Shown one piece after another: positions 1 through 11,822 of a stretch of 29,937 bases of DNA. The stretch spans positions 133,266-163,202 of the forward strand of contig NW_003314437.1 of NCBI RefSeq assembly GCF_000143415.4. Reading direction: 5' to 3'. How positions within the stretch are numbered: the first letter of the stretch is position 1; the number at the start of each line of letters is the position of its first letter. Source of the stretch: Selaginella moellendorffii. Taxonomy: Eukaryota > Plantae > Lycopodiophyta. The position numbers and the translations under genes are program-made. The notes beneath the pieces are model-generated. The model was not told the origin of the DNA and did not search any database. It saw only the letters and a program-made list of their open reading frames with translations.

Positions 1-540
1 GCCCAGATTGTGGAAAGGACTAGTGAGCAGTCCTCTGGGGTAGTGACCAAGGACACAGTCGTGTGGTGAGGAAGTCCCAGAGGACCGTGGGACTTAGTGG
101 TCGGGCCTGTGGGCCTCGATCCAGTGGCAGTGTTGGCAAACACGGCCAGGGGTAGAAAGGGACTTAGGGGAGACTGACAGAGGGATACTGGGGAAGGCTA
201 TTCCCCTTGTCGGTGGGCATCCTAAGGATGCTAAAGAGTGGATCTGAGATGACCACTCATGGATGGTTTGCCTAGTCTTGGAGAGCCAAGACTGTGATAC
301 AAGTGGTATTGGTCTACCAGTGTGGCAAAGGTGATTGGGCATTGCCTTAGCGTAACAGGCTGCCGTGTCGGTGGTACTTTTGAGTGTCGGACATGGGATC
401 GGACACGTGGAGCACTTGGACCAAGTGCAAATGTTGAGTGGCATGGATGCCATTCTCGGGGCTAGCAAGTCCCAAGCCCTGAAATGGACTTATGGAGGTT
501 GTGATTGAGACTCCTCCAAGTGGTCGGAGGTGTGGTTAAG
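1..540 (-). mobile_element. Possible degenerate non-LTR retrotransposon fragment (RLE-type: NeSL/Utopia/R2-like)
   Basis: GC-richer, intronless block. Minus-strand frames give GLGLASPENGIHATQHLHLVQVLHVSDP (post-RT GGLGL-like region), then GCPPTRG and RVCQHCH (LPTR and zinc-knuckle-like). Recognised from memory only. Confidence 0.3.
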
Positions 541-1851
541 TGACTAAAGTAGAATGGAAAATTTAGTCGCTTACAGTTTACTTCTTCTTTTAAACAAAGA
601 AACTCCATTATATCACTCACCACTATAGTGTTCAGAAAATGCTAATAATATCACTAATAATCACTATTTTACAATACAATGATAATAATAAAAATAGACA
701 TTTTATATATATATATATATATTCTCTAAACAAAAAATTCTTGAGGATATCTTAGAATATCATTATTTTTAATATCTTTATAAATAAGAATAATGTTATA
801 AATCATTTTTAGTCTTCAATATTAGCATTTTCTACAAAATCCATGTTATATGTTCTTTCTATATTTCATTCTATAGTATTATAATCTATTTATTTTACAT
901 TAATCTTATATTTTAGGTCAAGTTCAAAAAGAATTTTACATGATTTTCTTAAACATTCTAAGTCTACTTACAATATCAATATATTCCCACCTTTATAAAA
1001 TATATGCATAAAAATAAAATTCACAAAAGACTTCCAGAGGTGTTGGATTTGGGACTTCTGGACAAGGGAAATGGTGATTTACCAAGACTTGATATATGGG
1101 AATATCCCTATACCCATGATCTTCAAGACAGTGCTCCACACAAAGGAAGCCTTTAGTTCAAACTATGGATTTTGATAAAGTATGGTACCTACAAAAATGG
1201 CCCCAAAATTCCAAAATTCCAAGCAAGGACCTCAAGAAATTGACCACACAATACAAGAGAAGTTCCTGAATGTTGGAGACTATCCTGGAATAGAAAAAAA
1301 AAAAAAACTTCTTTAGACAATCACTGTTCTGTGAGGTGACCAAAAAGCCGAAAAGAAGTGCATTGAGGATGATCTTTGATCAACAGGTTCTGTGAAGAAC
1401 CAGCAGCAGCTGTAGTTGTGACACCTCTGTAACCTCAGCATCTGCCACCACCGCTACAGTACCAGCAAGTAGCCTTTCGACCATACTGTCCGTATGATCC
1501 ATTCGTCTCATAAACATAAGCTTTTATCACCTTTTAGGGCGCGCGTTTGTTCTGACTGTGTGATCTCACAGGTTGAAGATGAATATGTGCACGAGATTCT
1601 AGCGGCAAAAGCTGTATGAGATCCCCATCTATGCAGGAGAACAAGGTAAAAACAAAGAAAAACTCGATCAGTTTTTGTTCCTCATTCGTTTGCTTTTCTT
1701 CCATGCAGGCGCTCCAAAGTTCTCACAATCGATCTTCAACACTAGATCCCATGGTGAAAACTCTTAATTTGTTTCCAACCAAAGACTTTTAATTCTTCTC
1801 TAAATTTACAACACGACGTTACAATAAACTCGAGCTTACTTCACATGCGCT

Positions 1852-2590
1852 TAGAAGAAGTCTATGAGTGGAGCTATGAGCAATAAAATGTATAGTGCCG
1901 CTGTGAACCACATTGTGCCAATCTGGACCCATTTTGAAGGCTAGCCAATGTCGATAGCGGTCCAGTGAGCAACATAGCCGAGTACATGCTCGCAAGAGAT
2001 AAAAGAATGAGTAGATGTATGTGACAGGACGGTGCTGGGACGGCTTCTTTGCTTCGTGGAAGTCGTGCTCAGATCCAGTGCTGCTTAGTTTGTTGCTGTT
2101 TTTGAAATCTCTCCTTGAGAGCAAAGGTTGCAAAGGAGCTTCTGGAAGAAGAATTGAGTAGAAAAACTCACAAAGTCGCTCTAATGTTACCTTCCTTGCG
2201 ATGAGGAGCTGGAAGAGACAGAAAAGTGGTCAAAGAGTCCGCAGAATATATCACGGAGATAAGCGTGGTGGCCACTCTAATTCAATTGTAGTCTCACGGC
2301 TCGCTTGACAATGCATTGTAGCATAGTTACATGCAGTAGAGCAGGTAGCAGGCGCCCATTCAGCTGGAACAAAAACAAACAATCATTCATACTCAACAGA
2401 GAAAACGTCGTTACCTGAGGATGCACGAAGATAGCAGAAAAAGAGATGCTAAGAGATAGCGAGCTCGTGATAAAGAAGAGAGTGAGCTTGCAATCTTGAT
2501 AAGCAGGATTGAACCACTTACACAGATATCCCAAGACAAAAAAAGTCGCGATGTAGCACACTAAGGACACAGCAAGCAAGGCATTATACC
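1852..2590 (-). pseudogene. Serinc (serine incorporator/TMS membrane protein) C-terminal half, captured fragment
   Basis: Translates to VSLVCYIATFFVLGYLCKWFNPAYQDCKL..HPQ/LNGRLLPA, TTLISVIYSA, RPVTYIYSFF, LASMYSAMLLTG, WVQIGTMWFTAALY. Has frameshifts, deletions and a stop. Confidence 0.85.
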
Positions 2591-2804
2591 TGTGAAGTGT
2601 GCATCTTGTTCTATGTATAAAACTTCAGTACAAGTTCAAGTTCATTCAAATTGTACAACTCGAAGAATCTTCTGGAGCTCTAGCTGCTTGATTCACGCAG
2701 GATGGGCTCAATAGAAACCAGAACGTTTTTTATTCCATGAGGCCAGGAGCACTGCAGCTTGGAATAGTTCCTGGTTCCCAATATAGCCACTGGGAATAAG
2801 GATA

Positions 2805-4013
2805 AGGGAACACCATTTGTGAGATTTGTCAGCAGGTAATGTCATCCGCACTAAATTTTTTGATTTTCTTACTTTCCTCATATTCGCTGATTTCAATCAA
2901 TATAGAATTTATTCGATCAACTTACAAAATTTCCTTGTCATGCTCGCTCGATGTTGTTGATATTGCATGGAGTTATGCATCCAAGTCGACTGTGAGAATT
3001 CCTCATCCCTTGCTGACCATGGCAAAGTTTCTCAAGTCAGAGTTCTCCTTCTCCTACCCAGCTGTAAGTTCCATGGCACAAGGCTCCTGGCTGCCATGAA
3101 ATCAAAGATGTGCTGGTTGTGTTCTTTGCTCTCCACACACAGATATTGAGAGACTTAGCACTGGTTGGGCGAGTCCTATTTCTATAAGAATGGAACCAGC
3201 TCACCTGTTTTTTCATGTTCAGTAGATTCTATTTTTGCCCTGCTGGGATTTTATCGATGGAGGCTTTATGGAGTGATCCTTGTGATGGTGGTGGGTAGGA
3301 GAAAGACGAGACTGGGAATCCTGAAATCCCATGCTCTTGTTGCAGCAGGTTGAAGGTAGGGACTTTGTTCCTTGAGTTGTCTGAGAGTTCTAAGCAATTC
3401 TGGCTCTTCCTCATTTATTTTTCTCTCTTTTGTGTTTGGTAGTATGCTCATCAAAAGTGTGTGCAGCACTGGTGCAACTAAAAAGAGGACACCATCTGCA
3501 AGATTTGTCTGCAGGTACATCATTTACAACTTACAATTTGCTTACCTTCCTTATGTTTGCTGATTTCAATCATTCTTTAGTTTTAAATGCAGCCAAGGTA
3601 GAGCTCCATTCCTGAGAGTTATGACACAACACTTAAGAACTTAACTGCAAATGTGGATTTCCGCACAAGGGTCACCAACCTGTCGCTACTTCCATCGCTG
3701 CATGATGTTTGTGGTCATGAGAAAAAAACAAAAGCTGCAGAACGCACAGCTTAGAATCAAAGCTGTAAGTCTCAGTAGCAACTGGTAATAGTAACAAGGT
3801 AAGAAACTTTGTTGTTTAGGCCGGCTGAGATTTCTAAGCAAGTTTCTGGCTTACCTTGCTTGTGTTCTATGATTCTTATGATCATTTTTTCATTATTTTT
3901 TCTTTTTCTTGGTGTTTGGTGCCTCACCTCTGTTTTGCAGCTTTTTAAATGCTACACAGCACCAATCCAGTTTCATGCCACTCCTATTGCTCTCTCCCTA
4001 ATGACCACTCGAG
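2805..4013 (+). pseudogene. RING-CH (RINGv/MARCH-type) E3 ligase fragments
   Basis: EKDETGNPEIPCSCCSRLK | intron | YAHQKCVQHWCN*KEDTICKICLQ (3442-3513), followed by exon LFKCYTAP (3941-4013). A second piece GNTICEICQQ-gt lies at ~2806-2835. In-frame stops. Confidence 0.8.
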
Positions 4014-4245
4014 GTATGTGTGCTTTTTCTTTTCCTTGACATGCTTACTCGGATTCTTCATTGTTTAGTTTATAATTTTTTTTTATAGTGCTGTTTTTTC
4101 ATTACGAAATTTCTGTGAAGCTGAGGTAGAGCTCCATTCCTAAGAATTGTGCTTAAGAACTTTCATAGAAGGGTCACTAAACTGTCACTACCACCATCAC
4201 TGTATAATACACATTGGAATCAAAGCTGTAAGTCTTGGTAGCAAC
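3596..4245 (+). repeat. Dispersed direct duplication 3596-3783 / 4124-4245
   Basis: Shared blocks aggtagagctccattcct..cttaagaact..gggtcac..gaatcaaagctgtaagtct..gtagcaac. Confidence 0.75.
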
Positions 4246-4596
4246 ATATAAAAATAAACATGCTAAAACAAATTAAGAAAAAGAAATAGTTTAAACAATT
4301 ATAGTTACAAATACATCTTTTCAAATTGAAAATATTCTCTACTACTCCCAGCGGAGCTGGGATCCCTGCTAGTCAAACTCTTTATTTAAAGTTGCTATTT
4401 TGGCATCAGCGTCACATATTCCATTTCTAGAATATCCATTGTTACTTATGGTAGACTAGCAAAAGTCCCAGCTACGCTGGGAGCATTGTGTTTATTTCTG
4501 ATATTTTAATAATTTCAAAGAGTTGTAAGTGTATTTGTAATTTTTAACATAATCATAATTATAAGATATATAGTTAAACATTTTTATATTTAAATA

Positions 4597-7500
4597 TAGA
4601 AGAAAGAGTATCTGATTGATTTGATACTACATGTTTAAACATATTGAACATATTTTTTGTTTTAAAAATATCGTATATAGTAGACATAATAAAAAAATTC
4701 ATCAATGAATACCATCTTTATACAACTAAATGTTTAAAATCATTTGAACCTAGTGCATTATATTATCTTGGATCAGTTGTCTAATTGCCTTTTATATGTA
4801 TTACAATATCACTTATGCCTCCTTGAATATTTGTTGAATTTAACACTTCATTCTCTATTTCTTACAATATTACAGACCCATGTCGTGCTACGCTGGGAGC
4901 ATTGTGTTTATTTCTGATATTTTAATAATTTCAAAGAGTTGTAAGCATAATTGTACTTTTTAACATAATCATAATTATAAGATATATAGTTAAACATAGC
5001 ATAATCTTTATATTAAAAATCTCTTCTACAATTGATTCTATCACCAACAAACATCATAACATAATAAATATAACTCAGCACATTATATCATATTTAAAAT
5101 TGATTATTGAAAGAAGTCTTGGATTTCTATAAATCAAATTTCTCATTGTGGGATCCCATGGGTAGATGAGTCATTTGTTTGATAACTACTTTTTTATTTT
5201 CTTTTAAAAATATCTATATAATTGATAAACTTATTATCATTTGATGATTTATTAATCTCTATAATTTTTTATCTTAATAAAGTATGCATTACATAATTCC
5301 ACTCAAATATGATGATGTTAAACATATATTTAATATATATTTAAAAACTCATCTAAAGTGCACACATCTTTTAAATTTAAAAAATATAAACATTGTTATG
5401 GAGTTTCTCTTTTCTTCATTTCAGACTGAAAGTTTTGGAATTGCATGATAATAAGTGAAAGATGTTAGCTTTATGTGTTATATTTTCTTTTAAATTTTCT
5501 AAATATTTCACATATTTACCATTGATATTCCCTTTTTACCTAATATTTATATTCATGCATTTTGAGAGTAATATTTAAAATATAAATTATTTTATTATAT
5601 ATCATAAACATTATTTCTGTATTTATTTTTATAAATCTGAAATAAGATTATTGTCTCCCTATATTCATGTATTTATATTTAAAATTAAGGCTTTATAACA
5701 CTGTTATGAATGATGAAATTTTATGATGATAAATGAATGGTAAGGGGTAGAGTAGGGTTTGATGATATATAATATTTTCTTTAGGCTAGAACTATAATAT
5801 ATCAGAAAATTCATAAATGGTATATAAATAGGTTTAATATAATATAATTAAATTTCTTTATATGGTCTATGTACTAATGTTGTCTCAATCATAGAAGCGG
5901 TCATTTGAACCTGGTGCATTGTATCATCTTGGATCAGTTATCTAATTGCTTTTTATATATATATTAAACCTCCTTGAATTTTTTTTGAATTTAACACTTG
6001 ATTCTCTATTTTCGACAACATTGTGAATGCATTAGCATAGGGATTTATCTCTTTTAATTATTTATCAAGATCACCCATTAGTTGCTCTTTGCATTTAGAA
6101 TTGTGTTTGTTTTTCATTTTTATTTGTATTGCTTGAGAGGTATCTAAAATATATAATTGTGAATATTTTTCATTATTTAGTTTGAAACTTCCAATATTAT
6201 GTTAAATTTGTTCATATATCTTAAAATAATTATGGCCACCTACTGCAATCTCTTCAATGTTTGCACCCATTGATGCTGCACTACTATAATTTTGTATTAA
6301 ATCTTTAAAATTAATAGTCTTTGGAGAAAGCATGGAAAAGGATGTAATTTTTCAGTTGCTATTCTCCTGTCACAATTACAATTGAAAAACTTTTCCACCA
6401 TAAAAAAAAAGGGCCTTACAAAGTATGCATTGTTTTTCCATCTTACCAAGAATGTTGCTCACATTTACCATTTTCATTCTCTGACATTAAACCCATTTTT
6501 TATTTTTTCTTTGTTTTTTTTTTTTTTTGGCTCACTGTGCTACTAACAGTAGTTACAAGAACACAAGAAATCATATGACAGGAATTGCCAGTAGTAGACA
6601 GACTATCACCAATTTCACATAGATAGGTCACTGAAGAAGAACTTTCCAGGTGTGTACTCGCATTCAACATTGGCAATTTATGAGGAGCTTTCAACGCTTG
6701 CCAAGTACCAAAACAGGCACTCGGCTGTGGATTACGCAGTGGCTGTCTTCATGTTCACACATGATGGAAACATGGCTTCATGCTATGTTTATAGTTTCTC
6801 CAATTCTCTAACTTTCGTTCCACTTTCCTCCAGGCAAAAGCTTATTCGGCTCATTGATAGCTATGGAGCTGGGAATATATCTTGGGATGAATTTGTGTTT
6901 CAAGTGAAAATGCTGCACAAAGTGAGGACAGGTCCAGCTCTAAGAGTTTTCCCGCTTGTCACATATGCAACCAGGAAACAGATTGTCAAAATATTAAATA
7001 TTCTTCGTGCTTTGGGATGGGACAACAGCAGCACCAGGGAAATGTAGAGCGCTCTTTAATATGTACAAAATCCGGGAAAGTTTTTTCATGGCACAGTATG
7101 TAGATTCAACATGATTGAAATTTTCCATGTATCAATGCACAAATTATTAGTGTAAATAACAGACTTATTACACATTCATCAATGAATCTACTCATATTGA
7201 GTTGCTTATTAGCTCAGATATAGTCTCATATTTGTGCAATATCATAAAGTTAAAAATCATAAGATTATGATAAAAGTATAACTTATTTACAAGATATAAT
7301 AGCTGGAGCTATTCAACTCTTTTATTTTAAGTTATAAAATATATCATTTCTATAGTCACTACTTTATTTACTTTTAACTTTATAGTATATCTTTTATTGT
7401 GTGTACTATATACCATCTTTGTAAAAAAAATTATGTTTAATTTTAATAATGTAGCATTGAATTAATCAGATACTCTTTGTTCTATAAAGTTTTTATTCTA

Positions 7501-7998
7501 TAGAAGAAAGAGTATATGATTGATTTTGATAATACATGTTTAAACATATTGAACATATTTTTTGTTTTAAATATATCGTACATAGTAGACATAATAAAAA
7601 AATTCATCAATGAATACCATCTTTGTACAACTAAATGTTTAAAATCATTTGAACCTAGTGCATTATATTATCTTGGATCAGTTGTCTAATTGCCTTTTAT
7701 ATGTATTACAATATCACTTATGCCTCCTTGAAAATTTGTTAATTTTAACACTTCATTCTCTATTTCTTACAATATTGTGAATGCATTAGCATAGGGATTT
7801 ATCTCTTTTAATAATTTATCAAGACCACCCATTAGTTGCTCATTACATTTAGAATTGTGTTTGTTTTTTGATTTTTATCTCCGTTGCTTGAGCAGTATCT
7901 AAAATATTTCATTGTGAATAAGCTGCATATATTTCATTATTTGGTTTGAAACTTCCAATATTTTATATATATATAAAATTAGAGCCACCTACTGCAAT
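4597..7998 (+). repeat. AT-rich internal direct repeats: 4597-4870 / 7501-7776 and 5901-6249 / 7646-7998
   Basis: Near-identical stretches visible by eye. The core tcatttgaacct.gtgcatt..atcttggatcagtt occurs three times (~4740, ~5901, ~7646). Confidence 0.85.
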
Positions 7999-8035
7999 GA
8001 TCAATGAGGCTCTTTCGTTTAAATATATTGGATGA
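4887..8035 (-). mobile_element. Probable inner, 3'-truncated B-type Helitron within B1
   Basis: Second B-type 5' end A|TCATCCAATATATTTAAACGAAAGAGCC at 8035-8008. Second copy of the B1 sub-terminal region with only half the hairpin and no CTAG at 4887-4997. Pairing these two ends is inferred. Confidence 0.5.
6625..6935 (+). pseudogene. O-fucosyltransferase-family (GT106, RRT-like) C-terminal fragment
   Basis: SLKKNFPGVYSHSTLAIYEEL..YQNRHSAVDYAVA..VFMFTHDGNMA, then a short intron, then RQKLIRLID..GNISWDEFVFQVKMLH. No N-terminus; internal deletions. Confidence 0.8.
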
Positions 8036-8394
8036 TTAGTGAAAGATCTCGATTCAACTTTGATCTTTATTTATATATCAATAAACGTTTTACAATTCTT
8101 TCTTTACATTTCAACTCCCTCGTTTTCCTTTTCGTTCCAACTTGTTTTCATTCTGCAGTTGTTCTCGGCAGCCACTGAAAATGTTTTCCAGCCATAGACA
8201 TAAGAGATGTTGATGTCCGGAGAATACAAAAAAGAAAAAACGCAAGCAAATGAAGTTAGTAATGGTGAAAAGGAAATAGGAACTTACTGCTGGCATTTTC
8301 TTTTAAGCCACTCGAACTTTCTTCATGCCCAAGTTGTTCTCAAGGCCGGGAGCACTCCTTTTCACACCACTCCTTCACAGCTTGTCGGTCTTAA

Positions 8395-8850
8395 TGCTGC
8401 AATTTTTGACAAATCCATGGGTGTTGCAGAACCTGATCGAACCTGAACCTGATTGGTCCTTGCTTGTTTGCAGCGGAGGATCTCCTTTCTAAGATGTTGG
8501 CCGTGGATCCGAAACAGAGGTCGCCCCCTGTCACACGAGATCAAATGCTTCCATTGGCTGGTATCCTCCCTTTCCCAGCGTCTGGTATAAAATTGCTCCT
8601 AGCCCCCACATTTCGATGGCTGCCATGTAGAGCTCCAATCCTTGTTCTCCACCACCTCAGCTGCCATGTACTTCGCTGTTGTGATATCTCCTAAAGGTGC
8701 TGATCACCACTTGTCATGCATGTTTAGCTTGGAAAGAATGTTGTCGAGCTTGAGATTCTGGTGAACCACGCCCCTCAAATAAATCTCTTTGAAGGTCTTT
8801 ACCAGCTGCTTGATGATTCTGGCTGCTTTCTCCTCACCAATCTTCTCGCA
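8395..8850 (-). pseudogene. CAMK-group (CDPK/PPCK-like) Ser/Thr kinase C-lobe fragment with internal micro-inversion
   Basis: EEKAARIIKQL..GVVHQNLKLDNIL, YMAAEV, IEMWGLGAILY and FDQVLQHPW on the minus strand; AEDLLSKMLAVDPKQR on the plus strand (8473-8520). Confidence 0.8.
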
Positions 8851-8893
8851 AATATGCTATATTTAAAAGACCAAATAATTATGGAATAACGCC

Positions 8894-9332
8894 TTAAGAA
8901 GGGAAGGCAAAATTTCCACCAATGAACACAACCACTGGAGGAAAAATGCCCGTGCCCTGTCCAAAAGGAGACTCGGACAACACCACAAAGTCAGCAAACT
9001 TTCCTGGCGTCAGTGACCCAACCAAATCCTCCAATGCAGCTGCATACACAGCCAAGGATGTGTACCTGTGAATCCAAAAACAAAAACTGCATTTCAGTTT
9101 CTCATCTGTTATCTCTTACCCTGCCACTACGTCCCATGCAGAAATCCTTTCCTCGGGATGACTCCAGCCTGAAGTGTTCTCTCTACGGCTGTGCGGATTC
9201 CTCCAAGTGGATTCACTGCTACCACCTTGAGACAAACCATTCATGTAACGCCGAAGAAAAAGTATTTGACAGGCTTACAGACCAGTCAGATCCTAGAGCA
9301 ACCACACTACCGTTTCCGAGGAGGGAAATCAT
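8894..9332 (-). pseudogene. LAF3: Amidohydrolase-3 (LAF3/YtcJ-like) last three exons
   Basis: SLLGNGSVVALGSDWS | VVAVNPLGGIRTAVER..PEERIS | YTSLAVYAAALEDLVGSLTPGKFADFVVLS..*. One frameshift; 5' part absent. Confidence 0.85.
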
Positions 9333-9342
9333 TGCACTTCAC

Positions 9343-9495
9343 CAGTTTATACCCCTCTTTGTGGCAAGCCTGTAGCTTTTGCGTTATAGAAGTGTAAAGT
9401 AGGGACCATGTATTAGCACCCACTCTGCAAAAGAGAGTCAATTAGGAAGGATTCTAGCAGTGTATCACCTTTTCACGTCCGTGTTCACAGAAGAT
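9343..9495 (-). pseudogene. ZDP: Polynucleotide 3'-phosphatase (ZDP/PNKP-like) two-exon fragment
   Basis: VNTDVKR | 44-nt intron | VGANTWSLLYTSITQKLQACHKEGYKL-gt resembles ZDP GADAWSLMYPSIPEKLQSL..GYKLVIFTN. Confidence 0.75.
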
Positions 9496-9679
9496 TATAA
9501 AGAAGGTAAACCAACAAAAAAAAGCACATTACTAAAAAACAATCTTTTGTATTGTGTAGTCAAAGAAGAAACAACTGATAATCCAGAAGAACAAAAAAAA
9601 GGTGAGGCTGTGTAATAAAGACTTTGTGAAACTTTAATAATTATAGGAAGACCAGGTATGGATATCCATGGTTTCTTTG

Positions 9680-11305
9680 AACTCCTCTTTGCTCAGTTGG
9701 CCTTTACTACAGGCTTTTGGACGTCCTGTGGTTTCCTCCTGTGATGTTTTCCTTCCTGGCATTAGAGAGTAACTGAGGATGTAAGATTGCACTGCCTGAG
9801 CAAAGCCAGGCTTGTACGAGAAGAGCAGCCCACGGAAGAATCCGTAGTTGAATACGTCGCTTACTCTAGCCTCGAACATCTTCTCGCCTAGCGGCTGAAC
9901 GTGAGCTTGAAACTCTGTAGCATGAGTTTGACAGGGAAAATTTGGAGAGGTCCAAGGTTTTCTGCAGATACCTCCGTGAGATGAAACCAAGCTCTTGTCC
10001 GCATCCCGTTGCTTGTCTAGCACGAATGGCGTGGCACGATACTCTTGCCGCCTTCTCTTAAGTGCCTTACGCATGGATAGCTTTGGTTCTGATGGATCTT
10101 TCTCCCTCAGCATCTCTTCACAGTAAAACGGCAACCATATTGTCAAGAATGGCAGCAATGTCAATAAAAGAAGAAGCCAACCTGTGTCGAGGAAATACAT
10201 GTCATCCAGAGCTTCAAGCTCTTCATTACATCCCCCATAGACGAATAATATGCCTCGCTCTGCGTCCACAGAATCTCCTGCAAGGGAGAAACCTGGAGAA
10301 GGCCTGGAACCAAAGGGATTCAAAGTTGCCCAAACACCAGTCGCTGCAAAATACATAAAAGGCCCATGAGAGACCAACAGGAAACAAATCTACCTACAAG
10401 CGTGATACTTTTCATGGCTGATTGTTGTATGCCCGGCTCTTGGCATCAGCTCGGCACCAGTCCTCTTTACCTCCCGCCATGCCATTGTTTCTGGAAACAC
10501 AAATGAATTCGCAAGTTTAAAACCAGCACAATGTATGTACCTGTGTCCAGAATATGAATGTCGTATAGATAGGCATTACCACCGTCCTCGCCACCCATGA
10601 CAACGAAACAGTTCTTATAAGAAGAGCAGGTATGGCTATCCCGAGGAATAGGCGAGACTCCAGCGGTAGAAATCTTCTTCCAGACAAAAGTATCTGCAGG
10701 GGAAAAAGAGTTTAGAAGAAAACCAGGAAAGATAACAGGATATTACTCGTGTCCAAAACATGGAGGAGGGATCGCTGGATTTCCCACATCCCCCAAACAC
10801 GAACAGGTTGTCACCGATGAGAGACGTGCTATGTCCTTCTCTCGGAGCAGGAACATCACCAAAAACGTCGGGTTTCCCCCAGGTGTTGGTAACTGCATCG
10901 GATGATAAGAACAAGAAAAAAAACATCAATAGAACTCGGAGCTTACCATTATCCAAAACAAAGAGATCGTCGAGTGGGCTGGTTCCATCGGTACCACCAA
11001 ACACATAGAGCTTAGACCCGACGGCCGTGGAGCTGTGGCTGTCCCGAGGAGAAGGGTGCGTTCCTTTTATCACAGGCTTGCTCCAGGTGTACATCCCTGC
11101 GCGATCCCACCAAAAACATGATCAAAACCTTTTTTTTCCGGAAAACCCAGAAGATGAAACTTATACCAATGTCGAAGACGTGAGCATTGTTGGTCTGGCA
11201 CTCGTCCCGGCCGCAGCCACCGAAAATGTAGATGAGATTCCTGACCACATTGCAGGTGTGGCCGCTGCTGCTGGAGCTGATCGCTGGATCGGGTTTATAG
11301 CGCTG
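9680..11305 (-). pseudogene. Kelch-repeat (galactose oxidase/kelch superfamily) gene, nearly full length but disabled
   Basis: Multi-exon GHTCNVV..IFGG, PRDSHS..VFGGTDG, PREGHS..VFGGCGKSS, PRDSHTC..MGGEDG, PRAGHTT, YGGCNEELEALDDM, FEARVSDVFNYG. Frameshifting deletion near 10765 and loss of part of repeat 5 near 10405. Confidence 0.85.
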
Positions 11306-11758
11306 CAAAATAGAAATCCCTCTCAATGCATTAAAAACACAACTGAAGAACAAGGAAGTGAACCGTGGACAAAAATTTCTATTTTTTCTCTTGGTTCCAG
11401 CCTCAAGCACCTGGAACAAACAGGAACTTTAAGCCTCGAAAGAGAATAGCGAAGAGCAAGATAATGAAAAACCTTGATTCTAGTCGTCGATGACAACGTG
11501 AATCCCCTCGTTGTCCGAGACGTCGTCCCTGTCGTGCGCTCCATCAGAGCCTCTTCGCCTTTCACTCCCAATCCTCATCGCATTTCCGAGCAGAGCACAT
11601 CGATCTACTGAATGCACCTGCGCAGGCGGATGCCGGCAGATTTGTTCCCCGCGTAAGTCTGGAAGGCATCGAGCCTGTTCTCGCTGATCATCGAGCACAA
11701 CTATGGCGACACAGAGAAAGCTGTGAGCCTCTCAAACCTTTGCAAACAGAGAAACAAA

Positions 11759-11760
11759 CA

Positions 11761-11818
<58 letters not shown>
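11759..11818. repeat. Compound microsatellite (CA)10(GA)20
   Basis: Directly visible. Lies inside a minus-strand GT..AG intron-like interval (11822-11738). Confidence 0.97.

Positions 11819-11822
<4 letters not shown>

Larger units (their letters stand above)
577..4372 (+). mobile_element. Helitron H0, 3' portion (5' end not located; start approximate)
   Basis: Hairpin TCCCAGC-GGA-GCTGGGA at 4346-4362, then CTAG at 4369-4372 followed by T. Shares sequence with element A2 (577-695 vs 29577-29695; Serinc exon 2428-2622 vs 25531-25727). Confidence 0.7.

Noticed and set aside
1570-1755. GAPKFSQSIFNT resembling the Helitron Rep N-terminal PKFAQLYIYDT motif
   Set aside because: Too short and degenerate. 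No HUH/Y2 or Pif1 helicase motifs were found in the window.
4346-4362. Rho-independent terminator or CRISPR-like repeat
   Set aside because: Eukaryotic context, no U-tract or regular spacing. The fixed distance to CTAG identifies Helitron ends.
4346-4482. Apparent MITE with terminal inverted repeats around an 83-bp core
   Set aside because: The arms are two tail-to-tail Helitron 3' ends (hairpin plus CTAG). The core is A1's 5' end, and there is no TSD.
9634-11419. Intact kelch gene suggested by long ORFs
   Set aside because: The ORFs read through introns, and the spliced model has a frameshifting deletion and missing repeat segments.
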